DNA of 63,223 bases, the filler included. It is 4 parts of 4 records of this genome, joined end to end, with 100 filler letters (N's around TTAATTAATTAA, not from the genome) between each part and the next. Parts side by side here need not be neighbours in the genome. Positions count along the whole stretch, not along the records: positions 1 to 12,522 come from SRR31147125_17266; positions 12,623 to 32,125 come from SRR31147125_17267; 2 more parts are not named here. The stretch is one strand, 5' to 3'. The notes beneath the pieces were generated by a model. The model was not told the DNA's origin, ran no database searches, and was given only the letters and a program-made list of their open reading frames with translations. Made by a program: the position numbers and the translations under genes. Below, one piece after another: positions 10,261 to 20,901 of this stretch (position 1 is the first letter of the stretch; every line of letters begins with the position of its first letter).

Positions 10261-10487
10261 TCTGAATCGCCTTTTGCCTTTTCAGCAATCTTACCAATCC
10301 AAACAGTTGCAACAACAGCTATAACTGTAACTATCAAGGCATATGTAAGCATTGCTTGAATACCGCTCTGCTCTCCAAAATATTTTTTAAATATAGCCTG
10401 AATCGCACTATTCCAAGCTAATGCAGCAACAAGTCCAAAAGATGCTGTTATAAGCGTGGATAGTTTTTCAATAATTGCCGATTTCAT
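10257..10487 (-). CDS. DUF5654-like small membrane protein
   Basis: LITASFGLVAALAWNSAIQ...YALIVTVIAV motif; start reset to 10487 after GGGGG RBS. Confidence 0.8.
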   Translation of the reverse strand: MKSAIIEKLSTLITASFGLVAALAWNSAIQAIFKKYFGEQSGIQAMLTYALIVTVIAVVATVWIGKIAEKAKGDSD

Positions 10488-10593
10488 AAAATCCCCCTTT
10501 TGCATAAGTCAAAATGAGGTCAGATTAGTCCCATATTTTTTGACTTTTGTCTATATAGATGGTAACTATGTCAAATCAAAAAAAGGGGGAAGT

Positions 10594-11127
10594 ATGAAAA
10601 AGTTAAGTTTAGCAGTAGTTCTTTTCTTTGCGTTGGGAATGATTGCATCCTGTGGAGGAAGCAGTGGAAGTGGTGGCGGTGGAAGCACATGTGGCCATTC
10701 AGACACGACCAGTCCATTCGATGACTTAAGCGGAACCTGGAATCTCTATATGACCATGTCGGAAATTGATTGCCCAATTACGCCCAGCTGGATCAGTTGC
10801 ACACTCACATTTGTTCAAGCAGCAGGTTCAAATGAGATTAGCGTATCTGGAACATGTACTAGCGATCTAACTTCCGGCATCACTGTCAACAACATGCCAG
10901 CATGGCTTGCTGGATCAACCCTGTACTGGGAAGGAGTTGTTGCATTTTCTGACGGTACATATAGCGAATCAGATACTATCCCATGCTCAAATGTAAACAT
11001 GACTTCTAGTTCACAATCTGCAACGTTTTCAGGCATTACAATTTCCGTATCATATAACAATGATGGAACGGTTGGCACCTGCTCATCTTATGTTTCGAGT
11101 GGCGATTTCACAAAAACAAGCAGCTAA
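10594..11127 (+). CDS. Hypothetical Ser/Thr-rich lipoprotein
   Basis: Start reset to ATG 10594 (GGGGGA RBS); MKKLSLAVVLFFALGMIAS-CGGSSGSGGGG. Confidence 0.75.
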   Translation: MKKLSLAVVLFFALGMIASCGGSSGSGGGGSTCGHSDTTSPFDDLSGTWNLYMTMSEIDCPITPSWISCTLTFVQAAGSNEISVSGTCTSDLTSGITVNNMPAWLAGSTLYWEGVVAFSDGTYSESDTIPCSNVNMTSSSQSATFSGITISVSYNNDGTVGTCSSYVSSGDFTKTSS

Positions 11128-11147
11128 ACTTATTAAATTTCGCTATC

Positions 11148-11182
11148 AAGGCATCCTCTCTTCCTGAGGGGATGCCTTTTTT
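11148..11182 (+). terminator. Intrinsic terminator
   Basis: AAGGCATCCTCTC/GAGGGGATGCCTT stem plus T run. Confidence 0.8.
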
Positions 11183-11240
11183 ATATATGCTTTACAAGAG
11201 ATCCTGTCTTATGGTTTTAGATAAGGTAATGAATATAGCG

Positions 11241-11924
11241 ATGAAAAAAAATAAAGTTACCATGTCATCGATGTTTAACGCCATTGCCTCAGGGTACGAC
11301 AAAGCTAACACCTTCATGTCTCTTGGACTTGATAGATACTGGCGAAGAGAGCTCATCAATAAAATTCATAAAGATGAATCTCTTAAAATTCTAGATATTG
11401 CTACGGGAACTGGTGAAATACCTAAGCTAATTCTAAAAGAGAGGCCTAAGTCAAAAGTTTACGGAATTGATATCAGTGAGGAAATGATCCTAATTGCCAA
11501 AAAGAAAACCCCTGCTACTTACATACTATCTAGTGCCGAAGAGCTACCATTTAGTGACAACAGCTTTGACTATGCCCTATGCTCATATACCCTTCGAAAC
11601 ATTGAAGACTTAAACATCCTTCTAAAAGAGGTTAAGCGAGTTCTAAAACCCAGTGGATCTTTTATAGCCCTTGATTTAACAGTACCAAAACACCCAATAT
11701 TTCGCCTTTTTCATAGAATATACATAGACAAAATCATTCCTTTCATTGGAAGATTCATTAGCAATAATAAAGCTGCCTATAGCTATCTATCTAACTCGAT
11801 TAAATCATTTGGTTGTGGTAAAAATGTAGTTCAAGCAATGCAATATAATAATTTTAGTGAAATAAATACAAAGAGGCTCTCATTCGGAAGTGCAACAATT
11901 TTTTTAGCGCGTAAACCATTATAA
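11241..11924 (+). CDS. ubiE: Ubiquinone/menaquinone biosynthesis C-methyltransferase (UbiE/MenG family)
   Basis: MFNAIASGYD..N..MSLGLDRYWR, LDIATGTG, LPFSDNSFD, AYSYLSNSI. Confidence 0.88.
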   Translation: MKKNKVTMSSMFNAIASGYDKANTFMSLGLDRYWRRELINKIHKDESLKILDIATGTGEIPKLILKERPKSKVYGIDISEEMILIAKKKTPATYILSSAEELPFSDNSFDYALCSYTLRNIEDLNILLKEVKRVLKPSGSFIALDLTVPKHPIFRLFHRIYIDKIIPFIGRFISNNKAAYSYLSNSIKSFGCGKNVVQAMQYNNFSEINTKRLSFGSATIFLARKPL

Positions 11925-11936
11925 ATTGGAGATTGT

Positions 11937-12446
11937 ATGGTTACAATTCGAAGAGAAAAACTAGCGGATATAGAAGAAATCAGAAAGGTAAATACTGTAG
12001 CATTTGAAAGACCAGGTGAAGCTGATGCTGTCGATAAGATTAGAGAAGCTGGAGGATGTCTCATATCTCTAGTTGCTGAAGTTGATGGCAAAATTGTGGG
12101 ACACATTCTCTTTTCACCGGTGATCATAAAACACGAAGACAATATCTTTAATGCTATGGGTCTTGCTCCAATGGCTGTTCTCCCAGAATTTCAAAGGCAA
12201 GGCATAGGATCAGAGCTAGTCAGGCATGGTTTAGATGAGTGTAGAAAACTAGGCGAACATGCAATTTTGGTAGTTGGCTACCCTGAATATTATCCACGCT
12301 TTGGGTTTAAGCCAGCTTCAAACTTTGGAATCAAGTATGAAGGAGAGGTCCCAAATGAAGCATTCATGGGGTTAGAACTCTCCCATGGCGCCTTTGATAA
12401 CATTGAAGGAACAGCCTACTTTAGACCAGAATTCAAGGGATTATAG
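11937..12446 (+). CDS. GNAT N-acetyltransferase (YhbS-like)
   Basis: VGHILFSP, GLAPMAVLPEFQRQGIGSELV, YYPRFGF. Confidence 0.9.
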   Translation: MVTIRREKLADIEEIRKVNTVAFERPGEADAVDKIREAGGCLISLVAEVDGKIVGHILFSPVIIKHEDNIFNAMGLAPMAVLPEFQRQGIGSELVRHGLDECRKLGEHAILVVGYPEYYPRFGFKPASNFGIKYEGEVPNEAFMGLELSHGAFDNIEGTAYFRPEFKGL

Positions 12447-12497
12447 TCACAGTCCTCTTCGGATCAAACCCTCTAATGCAAGATTAGAAAAAATTTT

Positions 12498-12522
12498 GTC
12501 ATTGCGAACCCTTTAGGGTGAA
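12498..12522. repeat. Truncated REP-like palindromic element at the contig end
   Basis: GTCATTGCGAACCCTTTAGGGTGAA resembles the start of GTCATTGCGA...GAAGCAATC type repeats; cut by the contig break. Confidence 0.45.
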
Positions 12523-12622
12523 NNNNNNNNNNNNNNNNNNNNNNNNNNNNNNNNNNNNNNNNNNNNTTAATTAATTAANNNNNNNNNNNNNNNNNNNNNN
12601 NNNNNNNNNNNNNNNNNNNNNN
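12523..12622. other. Artificial contig linker
   Basis: N44-TTAATTAATTAA-N44 (stops in all six frames). Confidence 0.99.
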
Positions 12623-12652
12623 AAAAAAGCTGGTAAATTTACCAGCTTTTTT
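12623..12652. terminator. Bidirectional terminator downstream of mrp
   Basis: AAAAAAGCTGGTAAATTTACCAGCTTTTTT is a perfect palindrome. Confidence 0.8.
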
Positions 12653-12656
12653 CATA

Positions 12657-13655
12657 CTAAATATTTAAATCTTTCATCACTTCTATTGCAATTTCATCAT
12701 ATGCCTTCGCAATAGGTTCACTACCTTTAAAAATATAACTTTGATCTTTTGGTTGACCGATTGGGATTTGACCCATCACAGGTACACCTAATTTTTTACC
12801 AACAGCTTCTCCGCCACCTTGACCGAAAATATATTCACGTTTTTCATTACATGCATTAAAATAATAACTCATGTTTTCAACAACACCAATCACTTCATGA
12901 CCAATGTTTTGTGCTCCAATACCCGCTTTAACTGCGACATTTGCAGCATTTTTGTGTGGTGTAGTCACAACCATCACTTTACTCTTTGGTACATATTGCT
13001 TAACATCTAATGCGACATCACCAGTTCCTGGTGGAAGGTCAATTAAAATCACATCAATGTCATCTTGCCATTTTGTACCATTAAAGAAATGAATAAGCAT
13101 TTTACCTAACATTGGTCCACGCCACATCAGTGGTTTTTCAGCAGGCATAAAAAATTCTGTTGAAATCACTTCAATACCATCTTTTTGAAGTGGTATCATC
13201 ATTTCATCTTTTGTTGCTGTCAATGGTTTAACTGGTAATTCTAAAACATAAGGAATACTAGCTCCATATACATCAGCATCAATAATACCCACTTTTTTTC
13301 CTTGTCTAATAAGTGCAGCTGCTAAGTTTGCTGTGACAGTTGACTTACCAACACCACCTTTACCAGATGCAATCGCTAAATATTTAATTTGTTTTTCGCC
13401 TTCAGGAACAAAATCGGATTCAAAAAACTCGACTTTAATACCTGGAAAACCTGCAGTGATTTTGACTAATCTAATGATTTCAATTTTAACTTTTTGCTCA
13501 TTTTTTGTTTTATCTTTTAGATTAATTTGTAATTCTACAACACCAGTTGGTCCAATCACAAGTTTTTTAATCCCGCCTACTTCTTTAAACGGTTTATCAA
13601 AACCTGGATCGATCACTTCACCTAACTGTGCTTTTAACTCATCATATGTTAACAT
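12657..13655 (-). CDS. mrp: Mrp/ApbC (NBP35 family) P-loop Fe-S carrier ATPase
   Basis: ASGKGGVGKST, DADVYG, MWRGPML, DLPPGTGD, GVVENMS. Confidence 0.92.
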   Translation of the reverse strand: MLTYDELKAQLGEVIDPGFDKPFKEVGGIKKLVIGPTGVVELQINLKDKTKNEQKVKIEIIRLVKITAGFPGIKVEFFESDFVPEGEKQIKYLAIASGKGGVGKSTVTANLAAALIRQGKKVGIIDADVYGASIPYVLELPVKPLTATKDEMMIPLQKDGIEVISTEFFMPAEKPLMWRGPMLGKMLIHFFNGTKWQDDIDVILIDLPPGTGDVALDVKQYVPKSKVMVVTTPHKNAANVAVKAGIGAQNIGHEVIGVVENMSYYFNACNEKREYIFGQGGGEAVGKKLGVPVMGQIPIGQPKDQSYIFKGSEPIAKAYDEIAIEVMKDLNI

Positions 13656-13799
13656 ATCGTATTCACCTCATATCTATTATAACAAATTTATAGGCACTTA
13701 TTAACTATTATTACGTGAAAAATTAATATTTTTTAATAAATATTATAGGTCAATTTATAAAACAATGGTAAAATATAAACACAATCAAGGAGTGAGGAT

Positions 13800-15494
13800 A
13801 TGCTTAAAGGTACAGTCGTAAGTCAAGGATATGCAATTGAGAAAGTTTTCAAGTATGAAGAGACTCCAATTGTTGTTAAATTATCATATACCGAAGATAT
13901 TAACCAAGAAATTAATCACTATCTAGAAATCATGGATCAAAGTGTCCAACAATTAAATATACTTAAAAAAAATTATCAGGATAAAATAGATGCTGATTTA
14001 ATAGAAATATTTGACGCTCACATTCAAATGATCACAGATATTGAGTTTATTGATGAAGTTAAATCAATGATTAAGAATAATCGTTTTTCGCTTGACTATG
14101 CGATTCAACAAATTAGCAAAAAATATCTTGAAATGTTTAATGCATTAGATGATGACTATTTGAAATCTCGTGCTTTAGATGTGAAGGATGTTACTACCCG
14201 ATTGTTAAAAAATTATTATCAAATGCCTATTTTAGATCTATCCGCAATTGATCACCCTGTGATATTAGCAGTTGCTGAGTTAAGTCCATCATCTGCGATG
14301 CAACTTAATCCAACATATATTAAAGGTTTCATCACTGAAAATGGTGGTATTACTTCACATAGTGCAATTATTGCTAAACTTTTTAATATACCTGCAATAT
14401 TTGGAATCAAAGATCTTATGAAACATATTCATCATCAAGATATCCTTATACTTGATGGAATCAAAGGACTCGTATATACAAATCCTCATAAAACATTGAT
14501 ACATACATATCAAAATTTGTTAACAACATATCATGAACAAATTGAAAAAATTAAGATATTTGAGAAAAAACCTCTTTTGACACGTGATGGATATAAGCAC
14601 AAAATCATGGTTAATTTAGGAGCAGAAAAAGAACTTGAATCTATCAATACTTCTTTTGTTGATGGTATTGGTTTATTTAGAACTGAGATGCTTTTCTTAA
14701 ATCAAAGTCATATGCCATCATTTGAAGAACAATTAAAATTATATTCAAATCTTATTAAAACATTTGAATCTAAACCTGTCACCATTCGTACACTTGATAT
14801 CGGTGGTGATAAACCACTTCCCTATTTTCAACATGATGTAGAAGCTAATCCTGCTTTAGGTCTAAGAGGTATTCGTTTAACTTTTGAAGAAAAAGATATG
14901 TTTGAAACACAAATTAAAGCCATCCTTACTGCAAGTCAGTTTGGCTTAGTAAAAATCATGTTTCCTATGATTTCAACTTTAGAAGAGTTTTTAAAAGCAA
15001 AAAAAATTACAGAAGACATTGCAAAAAACTTAACATTACAAGGTATCAAACCTAACTATCAATTAGGCGTGATGATTGAAGTACCATCAGCAGTGATGAT
15101 TGCTGATGAACTTGCGCAAGTATGCGACTTCTTCTCAATTGGATCAAATGATCTTGTTCAATATACTTTTGCATCTGATCGTCTCAATGAAAAATTGTCA
15201 CATTTATATATGCCATGCCATCCTGCTATATTAAAAATGATAGCTATGACAGTCAAAGCCGCGCATCATCATAACATAGAGGTTAGTGTTTGTGGTGAAA
15301 TGGCTGGTATACCGAAATCAAGTTTATTGCTACTTGGTCTAGGCGTTGATACGCTGTCAATGTCCATGCAACAAATCTTATCAATTAAAGCCATAGTCAA
15401 TCAATATGATTTAGACACACTTAAGCAATTGGCAAAACAAGCACTACAACAAAAAAATGAAAAAGATGTACTAAAACTTATCTCCTTAACTTAA
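13800..15494 (+). CDS. ptsI: PTS enzyme I
   Basis: GGITSHSAI (phospho-His), GIGLFRTE, RTLDIGGDK, NPALGLRGIR, SIGSNDL, VCGEMAG. Confidence 0.96.
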   Translation: MLKGTVVSQGYAIEKVFKYEETPIVVKLSYTEDINQEINHYLEIMDQSVQQLNILKKNYQDKIDADLIEIFDAHIQMITDIEFIDEVKSMIKNNRFSLDYAIQQISKKYLEMFNALDDDYLKSRALDVKDVTTRLLKNYYQMPILDLSAIDHPVILAVAELSPSSAMQLNPTYIKGFITENGGITSHSAIIAKLFNIPAIFGIKDLMKHIHHQDILILDGIKGLVYTNPHKTLIHTYQNLLTTYHEQIEKIKIFEKKPLLTRDGYKHKIMVNLGAEKELESINTSFVDGIGLFRTEMLFLNQSHMPSFEEQLKLYSNLIKTFESKPVTIRTLDIGGDKPLPYFQHDVEANPALGLRGIRLTFEEKDMFETQIKAILTASQFGLVKIMFPMISTLEEFLKAKKITEDIAKNLTLQGIKPNYQLGVMIEVPSAVMIADELAQVCDFFSIGSNDLVQYTFASDRLNEKLSHLYMPCHPAILKMIAMTVKAAHHHNIEVSVCGEMAGIPKSSLLLLGLGVDTLSMSMQQILSIKAIVNQYDLDTLKQLAKQALQQKNEKDVLKLISLT

Positions 15495-15503
15495 TCAAAA
15501 AAT

Positions 15504-15553
15504 AAAACACTTCAGAACTAGATGAATCATGCCAGATCTTGAAGTGTTTTTTT
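15504..15553. terminator. Bidirectional terminator between ptsI and the convergent GH43 operon
   Basis: AAAACACTTCA...TGAAGTGTTTT inverted repeat with A/T tails. Confidence 0.65.
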
Positions 15554-15555
15554 AT

Positions 15556-16794
15556 TTAATTAAATATAGGTCCTTCTTGAGGTTGATATGTAGGCATCAA
15601 ATTTCTAATAGATGGCCAACCGTCATCTGACCATATAAGTGGATCCATCATCACTTGTCTTCCTTGATGTGTTATACCATCAATCGTTTTATACGCATGA
15701 TAAATCATCCAGTATGTACCTGCATCATCAATAATGATTGAGTTATGTCCAGGACCTATCATTCTAGAAGAACTTTGAATAACTATTTTCCCACGATAAC
15801 CTGACAAAACATCTTGACCTTGATCATCGATATATGGGCCTAAAGGATTTTGTGATCTTGACACTCGAACATGATAATTACTGTTCAACCCTTCACAACA
15901 ACTGCCACTTGATAAAAATAAATAATAATACCCATCTTTAAATATGACATATTGTCCTTCATATGTATCACCGGCCCATGGTGTAGATGTATCATAACCT
16001 GCAATATGCACTTTATGTTCAACTGCATAGCTTAAACCATTTAATAATTGAAGCCCGTCTTCAGAAAGTTCAACACCATAGTTTCCTCGCATCGAACCCC
16101 ATATCATATAAACATGATTATCTTGTCCTATAAATACGGTAGGATCAATTGAATTATTGACGCCAATTTCTTCCGAATTAAACAATTTCCCATGATCTGT
16201 CCATGGTCCTTCAGGATGGTCGGCAGATGCTATACCTATACCGGGATTAGGATCACCCCAAGTTGATAGAGAATAATAAAGCAAAAACTTATCATTGATT
16301 TTTACAATATCTGGTGCCCAAATGTTTGCATTCAGTGTTCCCCAAGTGGGTTTATCAATGACAGTCCCTAAATTTTCCCAAGAAATCATATCATTAGATT
16401 TTAGTAAAACACCACCTGTAACATAAATATAAAATGCATCTTCATACTGAATAATATGAGGGTCCGCACCAGTTCCACCTTCATAGATAGGATTTGTATA
16501 TAACGCTACATCTAAAGACCATTTAGCATATAATGTCATTTGATCATTTATGATTGAATCCTCTGTAAGCACTTCTTGCAATGATGCATCCAAATACCAT
16601 CCCCTAAATGTGTGTCCTTCATATGTTGGTGTCGACAAATATTCAAGAACATGATGTTTGTCAACATTTATATTTTCAATGCCACTTCCTCCATTTAATT
16701 CAAAATAAATGGTAACATTATTATTTTCAGTCTGGCAACCCTGTAAAGTTGTTATTGACATAGCGATTAAAATTAAACACATTATTTTTTTCAT
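15556..16794 (-). CDS. GH43 glycosidase lipoprotein with N-terminal InlB B-repeat-like domain
   Basis: Start reset to MKKIMCL (LQG-C lipobox); FELNGG..PTYEGHTFRGWY..LYAKW repeat; ADP, WAPD, SIDP, YEG, GPGHNS. Confidence 0.9.
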   Translation of the reverse strand: MKKIMCLILIAMSITTLQGCQTENNNVTIYFELNGGSGIENINVDKHHVLEYLSTPTYEGHTFRGWYLDASLQEVLTEDSIINDQMTLYAKWSLDVALYTNPIYEGGTGADPHIIQYEDAFYIYVTGGVLLKSNDMISWENLGTVIDKPTWGTLNANIWAPDIVKINDKFLLYYSLSTWGDPNPGIGIASADHPEGPWTDHGKLFNSEEIGVNNSIDPTVFIGQDNHVYMIWGSMRGNYGVELSEDGLQLLNGLSYAVEHKVHIAGYDTSTPWAGDTYEGQYVIFKDGYYYLFLSSGSCCEGLNSNYHVRVSRSQNPLGPYIDDQGQDVLSGYRGKIVIQSSSRMIGPGHNSIIIDDAGTYWMIYHAYKTIDGITHQGRQVMMDPLIWSDDGWPSIRNLMPTYQPQEGPIFN

Positions 16795-16798
16795 TAAA

Positions 16799-17722
16799 TT
16801 ATCCTTTGAATGAAGCATCGCCAATGACAATCTTTTGATTCTTAATATACATCTTATCAATGACAAGTTGTCGATCTTCACTAGGATCTTTCATATTTGA
16901 ATGAATATGATAAGCTATATAAAGTTGTCCCTTGCCATCAGTAAATACACTATTATGTCCAGGACCCGAAATGACTTGATCAATTGATTTTAATATAGGA
17001 TTTTGTTCATATTTCACAAAAGGTCCCATAGGTGATTGGCTCACCGCATATCCTATAGCATAAGTAGTTGCTGCATAAAAACCTGAAGAATACATCATGT
17101 AATATAGATCATCTTGTTTAATCACAAATGCCCCTTCCGTCCATCTCCATGGCCCTGTAATACTCTCCCATGCTTGCTCGGGTTTAATGACTAATTTAGG
17201 TTCTCCAATTAAACGCGTTAATGTTTTGTCAATTTCAACAGCATATATATGACTCTCATGTCGTTCTTCATACACATTTTCTGAGCAATCTTTTGAATAA
17301 TAAAAGTATATTTTCCCATCTTGATCAAAAAATACATGTCCGTCAATCACAGCGAACCCAAAATCAAACATAGGTTTTTTATCAAAGACATCAATAAATG
17401 GTCCCTCTGGGTGATCAGCATATGCAACACCAATACGTAAACTATTATTTTCTTTTAATCTCGCTGAATAGTGCATGATATATTTGCCTTGGTGATAAAC
17501 GACTTCTGGTGCCCAATAATCCGTTTCCCCAAAACTTTTATGATTTTTTTTATATGCTTGACTGACTAGTTCCCATTGTTTCATATCTTTAGATTTCCAA
17601 CAATTAAAGCCTTCAATTGTTCCACCTGTTTGTTTAAATGATGTTGCATATAAATAATAACTATCTTTAAATCTTATGATATAAGGATCACCGATTTTTT
17701 TTAATCCTACTACATGTCTCAT
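16799..17722 (-). CDS. GH43 glycosidase, cytoplasmic
   Basis: GDPY, YWAPEV, VIDGH, TEGAF, GPGHNS; no signal peptide. Confidence 0.92.
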   Translation of the reverse strand: MRHVVGLKKIGDPYIIRFKDSYYLYATSFKQTGGTIEGFNCWKSKDMKQWELVSQAYKKNHKSFGETDYWAPEVVYHQGKYIMHYSARLKENNSLRIGVAYADHPEGPFIDVFDKKPMFDFGFAVIDGHVFFDQDGKIYFYYSKDCSENVYEERHESHIYAVEIDKTLTRLIGEPKLVIKPEQAWESITGPWRWTEGAFVIKQDDLYYMMYSSGFYAATTYAIGYAVSQSPMGPFVKYEQNPILKSIDQVISGPGHNSVFTDGKGQLYIAYHIHSNMKDPSEDRQLVIDKMYIKNQKIVIGDASFKG

Positions 17723-17759
17723 AATTTTCCTCCGTGTAAATGTTGTTTGAAATTCTTAC

Positions 17760-18602
17760 TTATTTAATACCTGTTCTTGATACACCTTCTATGATGTGAT
17801 TTTGAAGTATAAAGTATATGATCATGACAGGAATGATTGATACAATTGCTGCACTCATCGATAAACCATAATCATAATTATACGTACCTAAAATAGTTGA
17901 TAATCCATAAGGGAGTGTCCACTTGCTTGGTTCGCTACCTGCTAAAATAATTTGTGGCCATAAATAATCATTGTAATTACCTATAAATGCGAATAATCCT
18001 GCGACAATTACTGCTGATTTAGATAATGGTAATACAACTCTAAAATATATCCCAAAATTACCCAAGCCATCTATTTTAGCCGCTTCTATTAAGTCTTTGG
18101 GTACGTCATTAAAAAACTGTCTCATTAAAAATAAGCCAAAAACACCACCGAGACCAGGAATGATTAGCGCGAGCCATGAATTAAACCATCCAAAATCTAT
18201 AACCATTGTTAATAATGGTACAAGATTAATGACCGCTGGAATCATTGTTGTCCCAATTAAAAACCAAAATATAATATTTCTACCTTTAAACTTTAATATT
18301 GAAAACGCATATGCTGCAAAAGATGCTACGACTAAATAAAGAAGGGTATGAATACTTGCAATGAAAAAACTATTCCATAACCAACGCAATACCGGCGTAT
18401 CTGCGCGTTCAAATAATACTTTATAATTTTCTATGGTAAATGCTTTTGGAATCAGACCAATCGGATTATCTGAAATCTCAGTCATTGATTTTAATGATGT
18501 TGCGAGTCCCCAAATAATAGGCATCATCCATAAAATAGAAATTACACATAAAATGATAAAACTGATTGTTTTTTTATTTTTGAATATTGTCTTCATGCGC
18601 AT
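17760..18602 (-). CDS. Carbohydrate ABC transporter permease (MalG-like)
   Basis: LMRQFF..VPKDLIEAAKIDG EAA loop. Confidence 0.95.
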   Translation of the reverse strand: MRMKTIFKNKKTISFIILCVISILWMMPIIWGLATSLKSMTEISDNPIGLIPKAFTIENYKVLFERADTPVLRWLWNSFFIASIHTLLYLVVASFAAYAFSILKFKGRNIIFWFLIGTTMIPAVINLVPLLTMVIDFGWFNSWLALIIPGLGGVFGLFLMRQFFNDVPKDLIEAAKIDGLGNFGIYFRVVLPLSKSAVIVAGLFAFIGNYNDYLWPQIILAGSEPSKWTLPYGLSTILGTYNYDYGLSMSAAIVSIIPVMIIYFILQNHIIEGVSRTGIK

Positions 18603-18606
18603 GGTC

Positions 18607-19530
18607 TTAGTCCTTCTTCCTTAAGATTATTGATTGTCCAATAGAAATTGCAATCATGATTAATCCTAACAACAATGACATTGTTGTTGCAATACCAGGT
18701 TGTGCATTACTGCCAGCTGCAAATTGTCTAATGTACATCATAATAACTGTGGTTGATTTATCCGGACCACCTTGCGTTAATAAATCTGGTTGACCATAAA
18801 TATTAAATGATGCTAATAATGTCATAATACCAACAATTAATAACTGTGGCGCTAACATCGGTATTGTGACACGCATAAATATTTGAGTGCTATTTGCACC
18901 ATCAATTCTTGCTGCTTCATATAATGTGCGATCAATATTTTTCATGCCCGCACCAAGAATCACCATGTTCGTACCCATGGTCCACCAAATTGTGACAACA
19001 ATAATAGAAATCCATGCCCATGGTTGTGTCTGTAAAAATGCGATTTCATCTATGCCAAAATGGACAAGTAAGCTATTTATAAATCCACCATTTGTATAAA
19101 ACTGCCAACGCCAAATTAATATGACAGCAGAAATTGATAAAACAGTGGGTAAAAAAAGTATTGTTCTAAATATTTTATATCCAATAGGTTCCATATCTAT
19201 GAGTTTAGCGATAATCAATGGGATACCTATAAGTAAAGGCACTGCAAAAACAACAAATATCACAGTATTTTTTAAACCACTCCAAAAATATATGTAATAT
19301 ATACTATCTTGATTGAATAAAACATTAATATAGTTTTCAAAACCTACAAATCTTGTCAATTGTGGTTGAAACATGTTCCAATCAAAAAAACTAATTAATA
19401 TGCCATAAAAGAACGGAATGATAAAAAACACTGTAAATGCCGTGATAAATGGGGCTAGAAAAACCCATGCGGATAAATTATCCTTTAATATTCTTTTTCT
19501 TTTTTGTTTTGATACAAGTTGTTTTGACAT
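18607..19530 (-). CDS. Carbohydrate ABC transporter permease (MalF-like)
   Basis: FVGFENY, LYEAARIDGA. Confidence 0.95.
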   Translation of the reverse strand: MSKQLVSKQKRKRILKDNLSAWVFLAPFITAFTVFFIIPFFYGILISFFDWNMFQPQLTRFVGFENYINVLFNQDSIYYIYFWSGLKNTVIFVVFAVPLLIGIPLIIAKLIDMEPIGYKIFRTILFLPTVLSISAVILIWRWQFYTNGGFINSLLVHFGIDEIAFLQTQPWAWISIIVVTIWWTMGTNMVILGAGMKNIDRTLYEAARIDGANSTQIFMRVTIPMLAPQLLIVGIMTLLASFNIYGQPDLLTQGGPDKSTTVIMMYIRQFAAGSNAQPGIATTMSLLLGLIMIAISIGQSIILRKKD

Positions 19531-19548
19531 CGCACTAAAGTCTCCTTT

Positions 19549-20889
19549 TTATCCTTTAACTGATGCTACAAGTAATGCAGCTTCATCCACAGCATCATTC
19601 AATAAATTCATTAATTTTTCATCTGTATAATCTTCATTCACATTTGAAGGTGAAATTGACAATGCTTGTGTGACATATGCATAAGAAACTCCGAAAACTT
19701 CTTGATAATATGGTGTTTGTGCACTCATTCTAAAGTTTGAAGTATCCCCAAAATCATGAATATATGGAAGATCAATATAATTTTGATTTTCTCTGGCGAT
19801 ATTACTTGCTGGTATTTGACCTGCTGTCGCCCATTCATAACTATGATCACCCATCCATTTTACAAACGTCATCATTGCTTCTTGTTTCGCTTCTGATGGG
19901 ATTTTTTGTGTTTTTGGAAAAACAAATGTATGAGAACGTGCATATATCTCATTTTTATTTTCTGTATCTTCATCTGTAAACATCGCACTCATAGGGATAA
20001 CACCAAATGAATTACCTACACTAGAGTCCATAATTGCATTTAGCATCCATGACCCTTGAACATGAAATAATGCATTACCTTGTTGAAATGCAAATAAATC
20101 TTGGTCAACACTCATTGTATTTGGCGATAATTGGTATGTATGTATTAAATCTGCAACAGCTTTAAGTGCAGCTACACCAGCATCATTATTAAAGCTAGGT
20201 GTTTCTGCATCAGAAATTTCATTTCCACCATTTTGATACAATGCTGTCGTAAATAACCATTCAGATGGCCATGCTGTTGAAATAGGAAAACCATAAAAAT
20301 TCGCATTGTTTTCACCATCTTGCACAGTAGTTGCTGCTTGAATAAGCTCTTGACGTGTTGTTGGTACATCTAAATTATATTTTTCAAGTAGGTCTGAATT
20401 ATAATATATACCTACTGTATGAAGATCAAAAGGGATACCATAAATATCATCATCTATGATTAATGATTCCATAACACTATCAACATAATCATCTGTAGAT
20501 ATATCTGAATTTGAGATATAGTCATCAATTGATATCACTAGATCTTTTTCAACATAACCAGGTACACGATGTGAATGCATAATTGCTATATCTGGCCCTC
20601 TACCCATTGGTACTAATAAGTCAATGTTTTGATAGTGTGTTGTTTCATTGACATATGTTTCTGAAACTTGAATTTCGCCTTCATATTCTTCATTGAAATC
20701 TCTAATTAAACTGCGCATTTCAACACCATCAGCACCAGTTATTGGGTTCCAAAATGTAATTGGAATTACTTCACCTTCTTCTGGTTCTGGTTCTACAATT
20801 GGATCTGGATCTGACTGACTAAAGCGACTACATCCTACCAATAAAGTCAGTGTGATCATTAATACAGTTACACTTAATAACTTTTTCAT
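19549..20889 (-). CDS. Sugar ABC transporter substrate-binding lipoprotein
   Basis: LVG-C lipobox; ITFWNPITGADG, PDIAIMH, YGIPFD, YYNSDLLEK. Confidence 0.92.
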   Translation of the reverse strand: MKKLLSVTVLMITLTLLVGCSRFSQSDPDPIVEPEPEEGEVIPITFWNPITGADGVEMRSLIRDFNEEYEGEIQVSETYVNETTHYQNIDLLVPMGRGPDIAIMHSHRVPGYVEKDLVISIDDYISNSDISTDDYVDSVMESLIIDDDIYGIPFDLHTVGIYYNSDLLEKYNLDVPTTRQELIQAATTVQDGENNANFYGFPISTAWPSEWLFTTALYQNGGNEISDAETPSFNNDAGVAALKAVADLIHTYQLSPNTMSVDQDLFAFQQGNALFHVQGSWMLNAIMDSSVGNSFGVIPMSAMFTDEDTENKNEIYARSHTFVFPKTQKIPSEAKQEAMMTFVKWMGDHSYEWATAGQIPASNIARENQNYIDLPYIHDFGDTSNFRMSAQTPYYQEVFGVSYAYVTQALSISPSNVNEDYTDEKLMNLLNDAVDEAALLVASVKG

Positions 20890-20901
20890 TTCTTTTCTCC
20901 T

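Noticed and set aside
12567-12578. TTAATTAATTAA palindrome repeated three times in the window
   Set aside because: It is the core of the artificial contig linker.
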